Shown here: piece after piece, positions 39,138 through 51,199 of the stretch
Position numbering within the stretch: the first letter of the stretch is position 1
How the letters are laid out: each line of letters begins with the position of its first letter
Assembly: GCA_047967505.1 (NCBI GenBank)
Contig: CM106538.1
From: Dipteris shenzhenensis
Lineage: Eukaryota
Length of the DNA stretch: 64,000 bases
Strand: one strand, 5' to 3'
Notes under the pieces: generated by a model
Told to the model about the DNA's origin: nothing
The model's input: the letters and a program-made list of their open reading frames with translations, nothing else
The model's database searches: none
Program-made: the position numbers and the translations under genes

Positions 39138-39180
<43 letters not shown>
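39017..39180. repeat. (TC)n and (TG)n microsatellites
   Basis: Read directly from the sequence. Confidence 0.95.
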
Positions 39181-39182
<2 letters not shown>

Positions 39183-39359
39183 CACCAACTTCATCATCGT
39201 GAGCTTAGAACATCTTTCCATCACCTAGAAAATGAATAGGTCTCCCTTGATGTTTGTGGATTCTATTTTGGCATTGGCCACCACAACCTTTGTGCTTGTC
39301 ATATTTACCTTTGTGAAATTTTATTTAGCTTTTTTAGAGTCATTCAAAGTTGAACCAAC

Positions 39360-39850
39360 CTTCTTGCTTTGGTTGTCTCTAGAAAATTGTCTTCATTTTC
39401 CATAATCAAAGCATGTTTTGTGCTTCCTAATAGATCCTATCTTTGGGACCCTCAGATCCTTCTCTGCCTTGCTCTTGCTATTTCCATTTTCCTTTCCCTT
39501 TCTACTAAGAAGGCCTTTGAATAAGCCAAACTTCTTTTCTTGAACCTCTTCTTGTAAAAGCAAGAGAACCATCTTTTTAAGTGATTTAGGTGCTAACCCC
39601 TGTTCTATAATCGTGGTTGTCACAACCCTTTATAGTCTTAGGGAAGCATGCCCAGCACCAATTTGGAAATCTAGGATGATTCTATTTTTTGACCAAGTTC
39701 CATGAGTCAACCTTTGACCATGTTCAATCGATGATGTAGTCTTGCATCGAATCTCCCTTGTCCATCTTTGTGTTGTAAAGATCGATCTTGAGGTAAAGTC
39801 TTCCAACTTCATTTTTCACCTCCAACATCTCCTTATGCATCTTCCATCCC
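39360..39850 (-). pseudogene. Heavily decayed Ty1/copia gag remnant
   Basis: MDKGDSMQDYI, LLLLQEEVQEK, and a basic region with a degenerate knuckle TCFDYGK*RQFSRD. Confidence 0.4.
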
Positions 39851-41299
39851 TCTACTGCTATCTTGCTCAACTAAGTATTAGGAAAGACAATGCGTATAGT
39901 AGTCCTAATGATGATGGCTAGACATCTATATCTCACACTATCTAATCTTGGACTGCAATTAGATTTTCTATAGTGGTCATTGCTCTAAAAACATTCTTGA
40001 TGTTCTCTAGTCTCAATTCTAGTCTAGTGGTGATTTCTAGAATCCTTGGACAACGAGGTGAATCCAACCTTCATCTTCCAAATTGGATAGTCGGACCCAT
40101 CGAGCTTTCTAGTTTTCCCAAAGTTGGGGATGGGAAAATGGCTAGCCATCTTGAGATGCGATTGGCTAGGCATCTTGAGGTGAATCATTAATGAGACAAC
40201 AAACTTTGAAAGTTAATTGAATACTAAAATTCTTTAATTGAAGAGGAACTTCTTCGTTCATTGTCATTATATACTTCTAATTCTCTCTTTAACTTGTCCC
40301 TAAGACCTCCAGAAGAAATAAGAAAATATTTTGTGGTCTCAAATTGGTCCATAGACATGACCAAAAGTGAGAGATAACCTCCTAGGGACCTCATGCTCAA
40401 ACTAGAGTCACTCCCTTAAGGGGGTCTAGGCTTCTTCCTTTATTTGCTAGAGGCCTTGGTCAATACCTGTCATATAGGAGAAAAGGGGCACCTCCTCCAC
40501 TCTAATTAAGTTCCCACTTGAGCAAGCCAAAGCACTCCCCTAGATCCCATTGAATGTCCCAAACAGTGTGAACCTTCCATAACCAAAGTCTCTGGTGTGC
40601 TCCCTCATGATCTAAAAGAATTGAGTCCGAGATAATCGTCTAGTCCTTGCCCGAATGGCATTGTCCCATGCAACCCCTATGAAAGCACTAGCATGAGTCT
40701 ATGATCAGGTTGTGGCAAGGAGAATATGGGTCGCTACCAAGTCATTACCTACTAGTGAGAGTTTGGCCAAGCTCTAGTATAGAAGCTTGCACCAAAGACT
40801 CTCTAATATTGGAACCATTTGTTACTCTACTATAATGTTATCATTATGCTGATACGTTTTGCACTTGCATTGATATCCATCAAGAGTGGTAGCAAGCATT
40901 TTTATAAATTGCTTTCTCTGGAATTGCCTCACACTTTTGTCTAGTTAGCGCTGATGTAATTCATAGAAAATATGAGCTCTTCCACAAGACTCTGATTGCT
41001 CTTCAAATGGCTAGATCATACTGAAGGAGGGCTTAAAGATGTATTAGATGCAAGTCTGTCTGAAGGGAGGCCTCTGATTACTACCAAGTTAAATAATCGC
41101 CTGAAGTCATCACCAAACGACAAAATGAGGGACTATACTAGGAAATTTCCCAACTTGCCTCTTTGCATAATTATGAGCTATGGAAGTGTTGTGAGCTATG
41201 GGAGCATTGTGGAACTATCAGCAACTCAGAGAAAAATCTTTTGCACTATGGCAAAACAAATTTACAAGTTCTGATTGTCGCTTCTAATCAAAAATTCAC

Positions 41300-42150
41300 A
41301 CTCGTATCTACCCGCTAGCTACTGTGACCTTGGTTCCTACTCTTTGAGATGCTTAATGGAGGCAAGGTCCTATCTTAGAGCTCCCTTGTGCACCTAGAGG
41401 AGAGGTGGTGCAATGCATGGGACTATAGCTCCTCAATAGCCCCTTGGATTGCCTCTATTGCCCACGTAGCCTAGCCTCTATTTGGGCCATGTTTGTCTAC
41501 AAATCTTTGCCCCCTGTCTCCTACACCTCTTGCTCATGTAACAAGGAATTAAGAATGTGAATCCCACTCTTGGGGAGCAGCTGCTCTAGCTGCATAATAG
41601 CCAAGGAATGGTCTAACATCATGGTGTCGGCTAGAATGTCAGTGGCTCATCCCCTGTGCATCGCCCAGTCCCCCACATAAAACTTGTCTAGCCTCTCTAA
41701 GAGTCCATTGTGCCGACACTGACCAAAGGAGAAACTTCAGCTTCCTAGAAGCCTGGAGAGCTCCATCTCTTGCTAGGGGTCCCTGTCACAAATTGTGAAG
41801 ATGAACTACTCCCATGTACTCCTCTCTACTGTCGGCATCTCTGCCATACTTGTCCTCCCTAAACTCTAGACTGTTTGTCACCTCCAATAATCCAAGAGAC
41901 TATATATTGAAGTCTCCACTAGCCATCTCTAAAAAGTGATCTATTGTTGCCACAAGCAAGGTTCAAGGTGCCTGTCCTAGAGTCACCTGAATGAATGCCC
42001 ATATAGATTGCCTTGCTTGTGGTCAGATCCCCTTGATCAAAGGCATCTAGTACCACCACCAATGAGACTGAGATACAAACCCCTCTGCTTTTGGCTACTG
42101 CAAGGGACCACACCTCTAGCCCTCTTCTTGGCAAGAGATGGTTCTCACAA
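41300..42150 (-). mobile_element. LINE ORF2 AP-endonuclease remnant
   Basis: Minus-strand motifs SGDFNIV (~41905-41925) and ERLDKFYVGDWAMHRG*ATDILADTMMLDHSL (RLDRF...SDH equivalent, ~41605-41700). Confidence 0.6.
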
Positions 42151-45100
42151 CTTATATTTGCTGTGTTGAATACATATGCTCATGAATAATTAAAAATCGA
42201 TTGTCCTCCTCAATTCCTAGTAGAGTAGTAGGTACTATGGCTATAGACACACCGGTCGTGGAGCTCATGCATGTCTAAACTCATTGAAGTCCAGCTCATG
42301 GAGAAAAGGCTTGGGAGAAGAAGGATCGCTTATGAGTAGGAGGCTACACCACCACGTCAAACTTTTGTGACTTTGAAGGGGTGTTGGGGGGGAGCAATCC
42401 ACATCTCTGTGTCGCCATAGGCATGATAGGTTTCATGCCTATCTTGAGGGCACTACATCTCATAAAGGAAACCTCTATCCCTAACTTGGCTACGCATTGG
42501 TGGAGTGACCAAGCATGACCTATGTGTAATGTATATTTGGTCCTAGGCAAATTCGCCCATTGCAAAACCTATGCCTAGTCTCTCTATGCGGAAACTAAGC
42601 CCAAAAGTAGCAACAACCCCAACTCCTCCATCAAGAGGTACATCTGCTCCTTCATCATACAATTGAACAAAGAGTGGGTCTACTTCTCCTTCCCTGTGGA
42701 GGCAAATTTGAATCCCAAAAAAGGTCATGTGAAAGCCTACTACTCCAATTGAGCCCCCTTTATGCGGGTTGCAAAATCCTAACTGTCATCTCCAAGGCAA
42801 GGGGATACTCGTCTGGTATCTCTAGGTAGTTCCATGGTCTGAACCTCCAAAAATCCCTTGACAAGGGTTGCCAGGCTTTGGGCTTGAAAGCTAAGAAAAA
42901 AGGCCACGTGGATGCCTTCTACCAGAAAGTCCTAATATGAGGGGAGGACTGAGGCTGAGAGGAGGAGGCCATAGCCTAAGAGGGAGGGTGGGGCTCTGCT
43001 GCCCAAAGGCTTTGGGTCCTAGGCGAGAGGAGGAGAAAGAAGCAGTTGATACTACAATAGCGGGAGGAGGAGAAGAAGGATGTGGAGAGCTAACAAGATG
43101 GTGGTGAGTAGTGATGGTGGTAACAGCTAGGGTGGGATGAAGGGTGAGAGAAGAAGAAGTGGGGGAGCATGCAAGGAAGGGTAACCAGTAGAGGGGGGGA
43201 CGAGCAAGATTGGCAGGGAGGTGAGGGAGGGGGCAACTAGAGTAGTGACCACCGAGGCTGAGGGATCCCCCTGATCCACATCTGCTAGGTTGGCTCTAGG
43301 TGCTCTATCACCCCACTACCGATGGATCTAGCTAAACATCAAAGAAGGTCTTATCCTCCAAGGTATAGGGGTGGTCCACTGAGGCATCCTTTGACTACTT
43401 CCCTTGAGACTTGGGAGGTGCCTCCTACTCTCTCCCTTGATATGCTCTTGAAGTATTGCATGTCATCTCTACGGTTCTTCAAAGCATTCTTGCTAGGAAT
43501 TTTTGTGCTTCACCCTAGTCCAAGCCCCTCTAGAAGGCTCTACCCAGGGTGTCTAGAACTCTGTCCATTGTCTTGACTTGTGTTGCACTCTTGGTGGTGG
43601 TCGAGTAGCCCTTTGCTCTGGTTGACACTGTGGGTGAGATCCCTACCTAGACCCCTCCTACAATACTAAGCTGAGTGTCCCATCTACCTACACCATAAGC
43701 ACTAGCCTTAGCAGCCTCAAGATCTCAATGATTTGTGTCTGAAATCACTACCATCTAGAGTCTCTAGAAAGATATCCTCTGGAAGAGTCTCTCAGCAGTT
43801 GACTATCAAGGGACTCCATCATCTACAACCACTATCGTTGCCATCTGAAGTGGCGACTCCACCACCATGCCAAAGGCTCCTCCAATGGAGTGAATGATAG
43901 GTTTGTACTTCTTGGGGAGCTCTAAAAATCGAAGAGTCACCTAGAAGTGAGGCAGGTGGTGAGTCAAATCCATGTCATCAATTGTGAACCCATTGTACCA
44001 AGGGATGAGGTAGACAAGATGTGGGCCCAATAAGAGAGGGCCCCACTCCACAAGTGATTAGGTGGTGTTGGGTGAGTTGAAGTGGAGAAGGAAGACCCCT
44101 CTACCATAAATAGTGACCTCCTCTATATTGTCTCGGTAAGCTCATCTAGATCCAATCATGTACCTCTCCTTGTAGCCATGAGACCAACTATCTTGCCCAC
44201 CAGTGCTCTATCTTGAAGTGGCTGAATTGCTTTCTTCACCTAGTGTTTGTCTTTTAGAAAGAGAACAACCTTACTGGCGTGGGTACCACCAAGATTCATT
44301 CTTCAAAAGAATAATAAGCACAAGCGCGGTGCTACAAGAAAGAAAAATGGAAAAGAGGAGGCTAGGAGAGGACTGAGGAGGCCCTCTGAAAAGACTCCCA
44401 GAGGCTAGCTAAAGGCTACCAAAAAGAGAGCTCTCAATAATGGTACAAGGGCAAAGGCCTTCAAAAAATATCTACCAATAGGACTCCAAAAAGGAGGGGA
44501 AACAGCCATCCAAAAGGAGGAGGCTAGTTGTGAGCTACTTCCAATGGCTGGTACAACACCAAAGGATAGCATAAAAAAATAATGCCTTAAAAGATCCACA
44601 AAACACCTCCAAAAGGACACCCATAAGCTGAAAAAAACTTTGAATAGTGCCCTCCCAAGGCCAACAAGACCTATGGCAAAGGCCCTTATCACCTATAGCA
44701 CCCTTGGAAGGGGCTAGCAGCTTTTAGATCCCATCACAAGGGGCAAGTTGCCTCATTAGAAGGCTTCACCTCTTAGAGGTGACCTAGGGAAACAACACGT
44801 AGCTTTGAATTGGAGCTCACCACACCTGGAGTGGCTCGGTTCTTCAAGCAGGCTTCCCTTAGGTAGCTGGGAACCAAGTAAGTGATGCCCAACCATACCA
44901 AAGGAGCCTGAGGAGGGGAGGAAGCCCTCTCAACCTACCAGCAAAGTGTGGGGAGCCAATGGGACCCCGTGCGGGTCTATAGGTGAGAAAAATGCATCAA
45001 GGAGGAGATCTAGGGCATTTTCGAAGCTGTAAGGAGGAGTGTGAAGGTGAGGAAGAAGGGCCAGGAGGGAGGGGGCCACAAGGGGGAGGGGAGGTGTGTT

Positions 45101-45152
45101 GAGATATGGTGCCATCTGTACATAGATTAGAGGCTAAGGTATGGTATAGGAA

Positions 45153-45439
45153 TGTATTAAAGTAGCCACCCTAGGATGTGGACTACATGATGTGAGGATG
45201 TGGATCAAGGACATCCACTAGGAGAGATGTGGATCAAAGGATCCCACAAGTGTTGAATGTTTTAAAGGCTCTCTCTATATAGGAAGCCTATCTCTTCTAT
45301 TACAATACACATTTGGAATAGATTGACTCAAGTTTCCCTATCTCTCTCATGAAGTCTCGTGTGGTTGCATCCACCATAGCTAGTCATTGTTGCACTAGGC
45401 TTAGCACTATCATTTCTCATATTTTCACATGGTATCAGA
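45153..45439 (+). mobile_element. Orphan 5' LTR with tRNA-iMet PBS of an LTR retrotransposon
   Basis: ...TTTTCACA (ends 45429) is immediately followed by TGGTATCAGA. TATA-like CTATATAGG near 45275. The left boundary is approximate. Confidence 0.5.
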
Positions 45440-45602
45440 ACGTAGGTTTAATCTGAACCTAGGTTCATGAGAGGTCCATTCCTTATGAGAAATTTCGCCA
45501 TCCATTTGTTTCCATTGTGAGAGGTTATTCTGTAGTGAGAGATCTATGAGAAAGAGATTAGTGAGAGTCTATTCATTCTAGGAAATCTATTTCCTACCTT
45601 AA

Positions 45603-45660
<58 letters not shown>
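45603..45660. repeat. (GA)n microsatellite
   Basis: Read directly from the sequence. Confidence 0.95.
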
Positions 45661-45664
<4 letters not shown>

Positions 45665-47336
45665 ATGCTACTTTATCAGCAAACTTACTCTAAATAGCTA
45701 CAAGGTAGATCCAATAGTGTAGACCAAACTAAGCCAAGAGTACATCAACAACAACTTCTACGTCAACCAAAGATGAACATTGCAAATGCCACTACAATAA
45801 CTTGCAAGATGACTCAGGTAGAAAGCATGCTATAGTAGCCATGATCAATGCTAGATCTACAACAAAGGCAGCTATACGAAGGCAATTAGCTCGACTCAAG
45901 ATACCAAAGCAAGGCTCCAACACCAAACCACAACATCACATGCCACGAGAGTGACACCAAGACCTTGCAGTTTGATGACACTACAATGATGAGCTGCAAC
46001 AAGCACAAGGCAAATCTAGAACTATGCAACATCAAGAAGCATCAATAGATTGAAATAATGACAGTGCACAAAGCTCTCAAGCTATTATGATGACCCAACA
46101 ACACCGACAAAAGTGAAGCTCATGCATAGCGCAAGCACAAGACTGTAGCAGCTAAGCAGCTATCTCCCAGACCTCTCCATCTACAAGGATCTCCATGCAA
46201 TCATTGTGCAATCATCGTCTTCATTTGTAACATCTCCACTATCAATGTCTCTTCAACAGACCCATAGCTCTTCATGCCTTTGTGCGCAGCAAACACACCG
46301 CAAATCTCCATCGTCGCCCATGTGCATCGTTAAAAACTTCTTCATTTGAAAGGCTCACAACAAAAGACCGACTAAGCAGGCAATCGACCTAAGGCAAGGC
46401 ACCTCCTCCGTCAACCGATTATCCAACGAGCTAGTCTCCTATAGCAGCTAACAAAGCAATGCACCCACATTTGCAGTGGCTCCTTCTACCAGCATGCAAT
46501 GTCCATAGCCCTCCTCAACTAAGCAGCCAACCTTTGTTGTCATTGCCTCCTCAGTGTCATCATCGCCCATCATGAGCTTCTTTATTCAAATCTTAGACCT
46601 TAAGCCACATGGCCACGTGTGGTAGATAACGGTAATTAAAAGTTAACCATGGGGGTGAAAGCATGCTACGGTGTCTAAAAAAGTACTCTTTTTGGCAAAG
46701 GTTCTAGCATAGATATAGTACTAAATTGTGTACTAAAAGGCGCTGACAATTGGATTAGATTTCCACATATCGAGGAGTCCACGATCTACAACTGCAATCC
46801 ACTATCAATCGAGGATGATTTCCCTGCACATTGAGGAATCTACGATCTACAATCTACTCTCAATTGACTCTCTTCTCTCTCGTGGAATCACTTGCACATG
46901 TTTGAAACCATTGATAGTTGACTCTCTTCTCTCTCGTGGAGTCCTGTCTCTATCCTTGCAATTATCTCCGCTCATCTTTACTAGAGGTCCATTGCTCTCT
47001 CTCTCTCTCCCAAAGGTCCATTGCTCTCTCTCCCCAGCTCTCTCTCTCCCTAGCTCTCTCCATTCTCTCTACAAACTGGCTCTCCCCTTCTCTCTCATTG
47101 AAGCCCTCACACTTTGGACCGTATGTTCTCTCTGGCGCAAAAACCAATTATGTTTGAGTGATTCTACAGCTCTCTCTCTCTAGAGCTCTCTCTCTCTCTC
47201 TCTTTCTCCCTCTCTCTCTCTCTCTCTCAGGATGACTTTCTCATACAGTAAGATTGAGCACGCATGTTTTAAGGTATTGTCTTCTTGTGTCATTCATTAA
47301 TTTATGATTTACCATTGAAATATAGTTGTGTGTAGG

Positions 47337-47968
47337 ATGGAGAACTCTGCACTAGAAGTGCCACACCATGAAGGGAACTCGCTCAATGCACTGCCACATC
47401 ATTGCTCTGAAAGGAACATGAGACACTTGACATTAATATTTGTGCGACATTTCAAGCATACCACAAAGAACTTGGACTTGAGAATGAAGGCTAACATTTT
47501 GTCTAAGGTTATAAAACATCCAGATATGCAAGAGATTGTCGATGAGACAAATTTTTCAAAGCCAGTCCATATCAATGGCAATAGTGGGATAATCTAAAGA
47601 CATCATTGAGTCTTGTGAAAAGAGTAGAAAGCGCTAATAAGCTAGCTACGAAGAGAGAAGCTCTCCACATGATTGCTAACACTTTAGCATTTAAAAAAAA
47701 TAGTGATAGCAAAGTAGTTAAAGCCCTTGGAATTCAAGCATGGAATCCGAAGAAACATCGCATGGACATAAAACAAGCTTCCTTCAAATGGGCAAATGAA
47801 GGTCGAAAGCATAGATAGGATTCCTTAAGTTGTGAGGTTGTTCAATGTGTTGTCCAGTTTTGGAAAGACAACACCAGGGTTTTCCCAAACAACAAGGATG
47901 TTTGCAGGCATAGGGTTGGCCCAAAAAAGTATGCAATACATCCCACCCATTTCTTGGAGCTCACAGAG
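47337..47968 (+). pseudogene. Decayed exon of a putative DNA-transposon-associated protein
   Basis: Broken frame ending KWANEGRKHR*DSLSCEVVQCVVQFWKDNTRVFPNNKDVCRHRVGPKKYAIHPTHFLELTE, followed by GT. I associate the motif FW..NTRVxPNxKDV with TE-derived proteins of non-seed plants; superfamily not assigned. Confidence 0.4.
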
Positions 47969-48289
47969 GTGCCTCTTCCTTCTTTCAACAATAAAGCCCA
48001 AGTTACACACTATTATTTGGTACTTTTTACAACTATTTAGTACTGTCAAGGATAATATTAGTATTGTTCAAATGTTAAAGCTAACATTTAACACTGTAAC
48101 AGACTTTATATGAAGCAAATTTAGCACTAAATCATAGAATCATAGTACTAAATACTACACCGGGGACTTAATACGTTTATAGTATAGTTCATATTTTAGA
48201 AATCAGTCTTAAGAATAAAGATAGGACAAAATAGTATTGTTTGCTCTTTCAAGTCAGTTAATATGACTAAATAGAATACTCGTTATGAC

Positions 48290-49320
48290 TAAATAGTACT
48301 ATTTAGTGTTAATTAGTAGTGTGTGATGTTTGAAATTGTTTGTATTAGAGTGGGACTTTGAGCGTAATCATTCTCTCCTTACACTAACCCTACTACTAGT
48401 TCTATTTAGTACTATCTAGTACTATCTCTTGCACTAACCCTGCTACTAGTACTATATAGTAGTGTTTAGATATTGTTCTCTTTCTTGCCTTAACTCTGCT
48501 ATTACTACTATTAGTTCTATCTAGTATTATTTTGCAATATTTTAGCACTATTTAGTACTATGTAGCACTTAGTAACATTTAGCACTGAGTAAGTACTATT
48601 TATTGAGTACTATTTAGGACTCAATAATTCTTAGCTGCTTAGTAATATTAGCAGTTAGTAAGTACTCTTTAATACTATTTAGCACTTAGTAATATTAGCA
48701 CTTCCTATTCAATAATAATAGTACTATAATATCACACTTACCATCTAGCACTTGCTATTTAGTACTAATAGTACTACAGATCAAGCATTTACTATTTAGT
48801 AATATTAGCACTTGCTATCTAACACTTACTAATATTAACACTTTCTATTTAGTAATTCTTAGCCGCTTAGTAATATTAGCACTTAGTAAGTACTCTTCAA
48901 TACTATCTAGCACTTAGTAGTATTAGCACTTACTATTCAATACTAATAGTACTATAATATCACACTTACCATCTAGCACTTGCTATTTAGTACTAATAGT
49001 ACTACAGATCAAGCATTTACTATTTAGTAATATTAGCACTTACTATCCAACACTTACTAATATTAACACTTTCTATTTAGTACTATCTAGCACTTACTGT
49101 TTAGTACTATCCATCACTGGTAATATTAGCACTTACTAATATTACCACTTAATATTTAGTACTAATAGTACTATCTAGCACTTACTAATAGTACTAATAT
49201 TAGCACTTACTAATAGTACTAAACTAGCTATTAGTAATATTCGCACTTATCTAGCATTTAGTAAAATATTTAGCAATTAGTACTATGTAAACATATTTAG
49301 TACTATCTAGCATTTACTAT
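48290..49320. repeat. AT-rich degenerate satellite (TAGTACTA/TTAGCACT units) with an internal ~228-bp tandem duplication
   Basis: Read directly; 48625-48852 is repeated at 48853-49080. Confidence 0.85.
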
Positions 49321-49511
49321 TTTTTGCATTTCTCATTTTCAACAGCTTCAGCTTGCTTTGTACCAGTCTTCAACTTTTTTGGACATGGTATTTCGGTGTC
49401 TTAACCTGTTTGTGTAAGGAAAAGAACAATTATTTGAAACTGATTTCAAGATGCAAATAGATTATTTAAAGATAGACAATAATCAAAAAAATAATAGTAT
49501 TTAAACTTGAA

Positions 49512-49607
49512 GGAAATATGGCCCTTGAGGGGTCCCCTTTAGGGACAAGGGACATATTCCAACACAGCCCTTGCCCCTAAAGGGGACCCCTCATGGGCCG
49601 TATTTCC
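49512..49607. repeat. GC-rich hairpin, second copy of the GGCCCTTGAGGGGTCCCCTTTAGGG motif pair
   Basis: 49512-49551 is approximately the reverse complement of 49568-49607. Confidence 0.85.
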
Positions 49608-49639
49608 ATTGGTTGTGTTGGAGTTCAGATGTGATTGGT

Positions 49640-50870
49640 AATAAATAGTACTAAGTGCTAAGTGCTACTAATAGTGCTAAATACTACTAATACTGCTAAG
49701 TACTGCTACATAATACTAAATACTACTAATATTGCTAAGTACGAAATACTACTAATGCTAATCCTAATACTGCTAGATAATAGTAAGTGCTAACTAAGGT
49801 ACTACATACTACTAATGCTCAATAGTAGTAAGTGCTAACTAGTGCTAAATACTACTAAATACTACTGATACTAAATAGTACTAAATACTGCTCAATACTA
49901 CTGATACTAAATAGTACTAAGTGCTAACTAGTGCTAAATACTACTAAATACTTTTGATACTACTAAATAGTACTAAATGCTACATATTAAATAGTACTAA
50001 TTGCTAACTTAGAGTGTTGAATAGTAGATGATAAATAGTATTAAATTCTAAATAGTATTGAAAGTTGAATAGTACTAAATACTAAATTATAGTTCTAAAA
50101 ACTAAATAGTACTAAATGCAAGATAGTGCTAAATGGTACTAAATGCTTAATAGTATTTAGCCTTTTAGGCTATCCTTTCAGTACTAAATGATATATAGTA
50201 CTACATGCTAGGTGGTGCTAATATTACTAAATGTTGAACAGTCCTAAATGCTAAATAGTGCTGAATAGTACTACATGCCAAATACTACTAAATGCCAAAT
50301 AGTGTTAAATGTTAAATAGTGTTGAAACACACAGTATTACAGTGCTAGATAGTGCTAAATAGTACTAAATGCTTAGTAGTATTTAGCCTTTTTAGCTTCT
50401 TTTTTAAAACTAAACACGCAGTACAAGTAGTGCTAGATAGTGTTAAAACACAGCTATACTAGCAGTGCTTAGATAGTGCCAAATAGTACTAAATGCTTAT
50501 GCTTTTAGTGCTAAATGCTAAATAGTACTAAATGCTAGGTAGTGTTAACATTACTAAATGTTGAACAGTCCTAAATGCTAAATAGTACTTGATACTAAAT
50601 AGTGTTGAATAGTACTAAATGACAAATACTACTAAATGCCAAATAGTGTTAAATGCTAAATAGTGCTAAAACGCACAGTACTAGCAGGCTAGATAGTGCT
50701 AAATAGTACTACTGAATGCTAAATAGTGCTGAATACTACTAAATGCTAAATAGTGCTAAATAGTACTAAAGTCTAGTAGATAGTGCAAAATGTTAAACAT
50801 TAGTAAATGCTAGATAGTTCTAAATCCTAAATATTGCTAAATCACATAAATAGTACTATTTAGTACTAAA
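49640..50870. repeat. AT-rich satellite in the opposite orientation to 48290-49320
   Basis: Units AGTGCTAAATAGTACTAAATGCT are reverse complements of the left-array units. Confidence 0.85.
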
Positions 50871-51199
50871 TAACTGACTTCAAATGTTCAGCATGTACAA
50901 TATTATATTACTCTTTTGAGTAATAAGTAATAAGAAAAAAAGAGTGAAGAAAATCTACATACTTTGTCAAAGCCCATGGTAGCCAACCATGCATTTGACA
51001 CCAATACATTGCAGGATGGATGAATACATTGCAAGTTCTTTAAAAAATGGAATGCTTCACACATGACATGTGGTATGTGTGCAAGCATGGTGCAAAAAGC
51101 ACATCAATAGTTTCTTAAGAAAATCCAAGCCCACAGAAAACACACCTTCACATTTATTGAAAGAGAAAGTATACACTACTTACAAGAGGACCCAACTCT

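Noticed and set aside
38941-39228. ORFs with (RE)n, (SL)n or (CV)n runs
   Set aside because: Translation artefacts of microsatellites.
42300-45120. Purine-rich/Pro-rich region possibly from LINE ORF1
   Set aside because: Plausible given the adjacent endonuclease remnant, but no diagnostic motif could be read.
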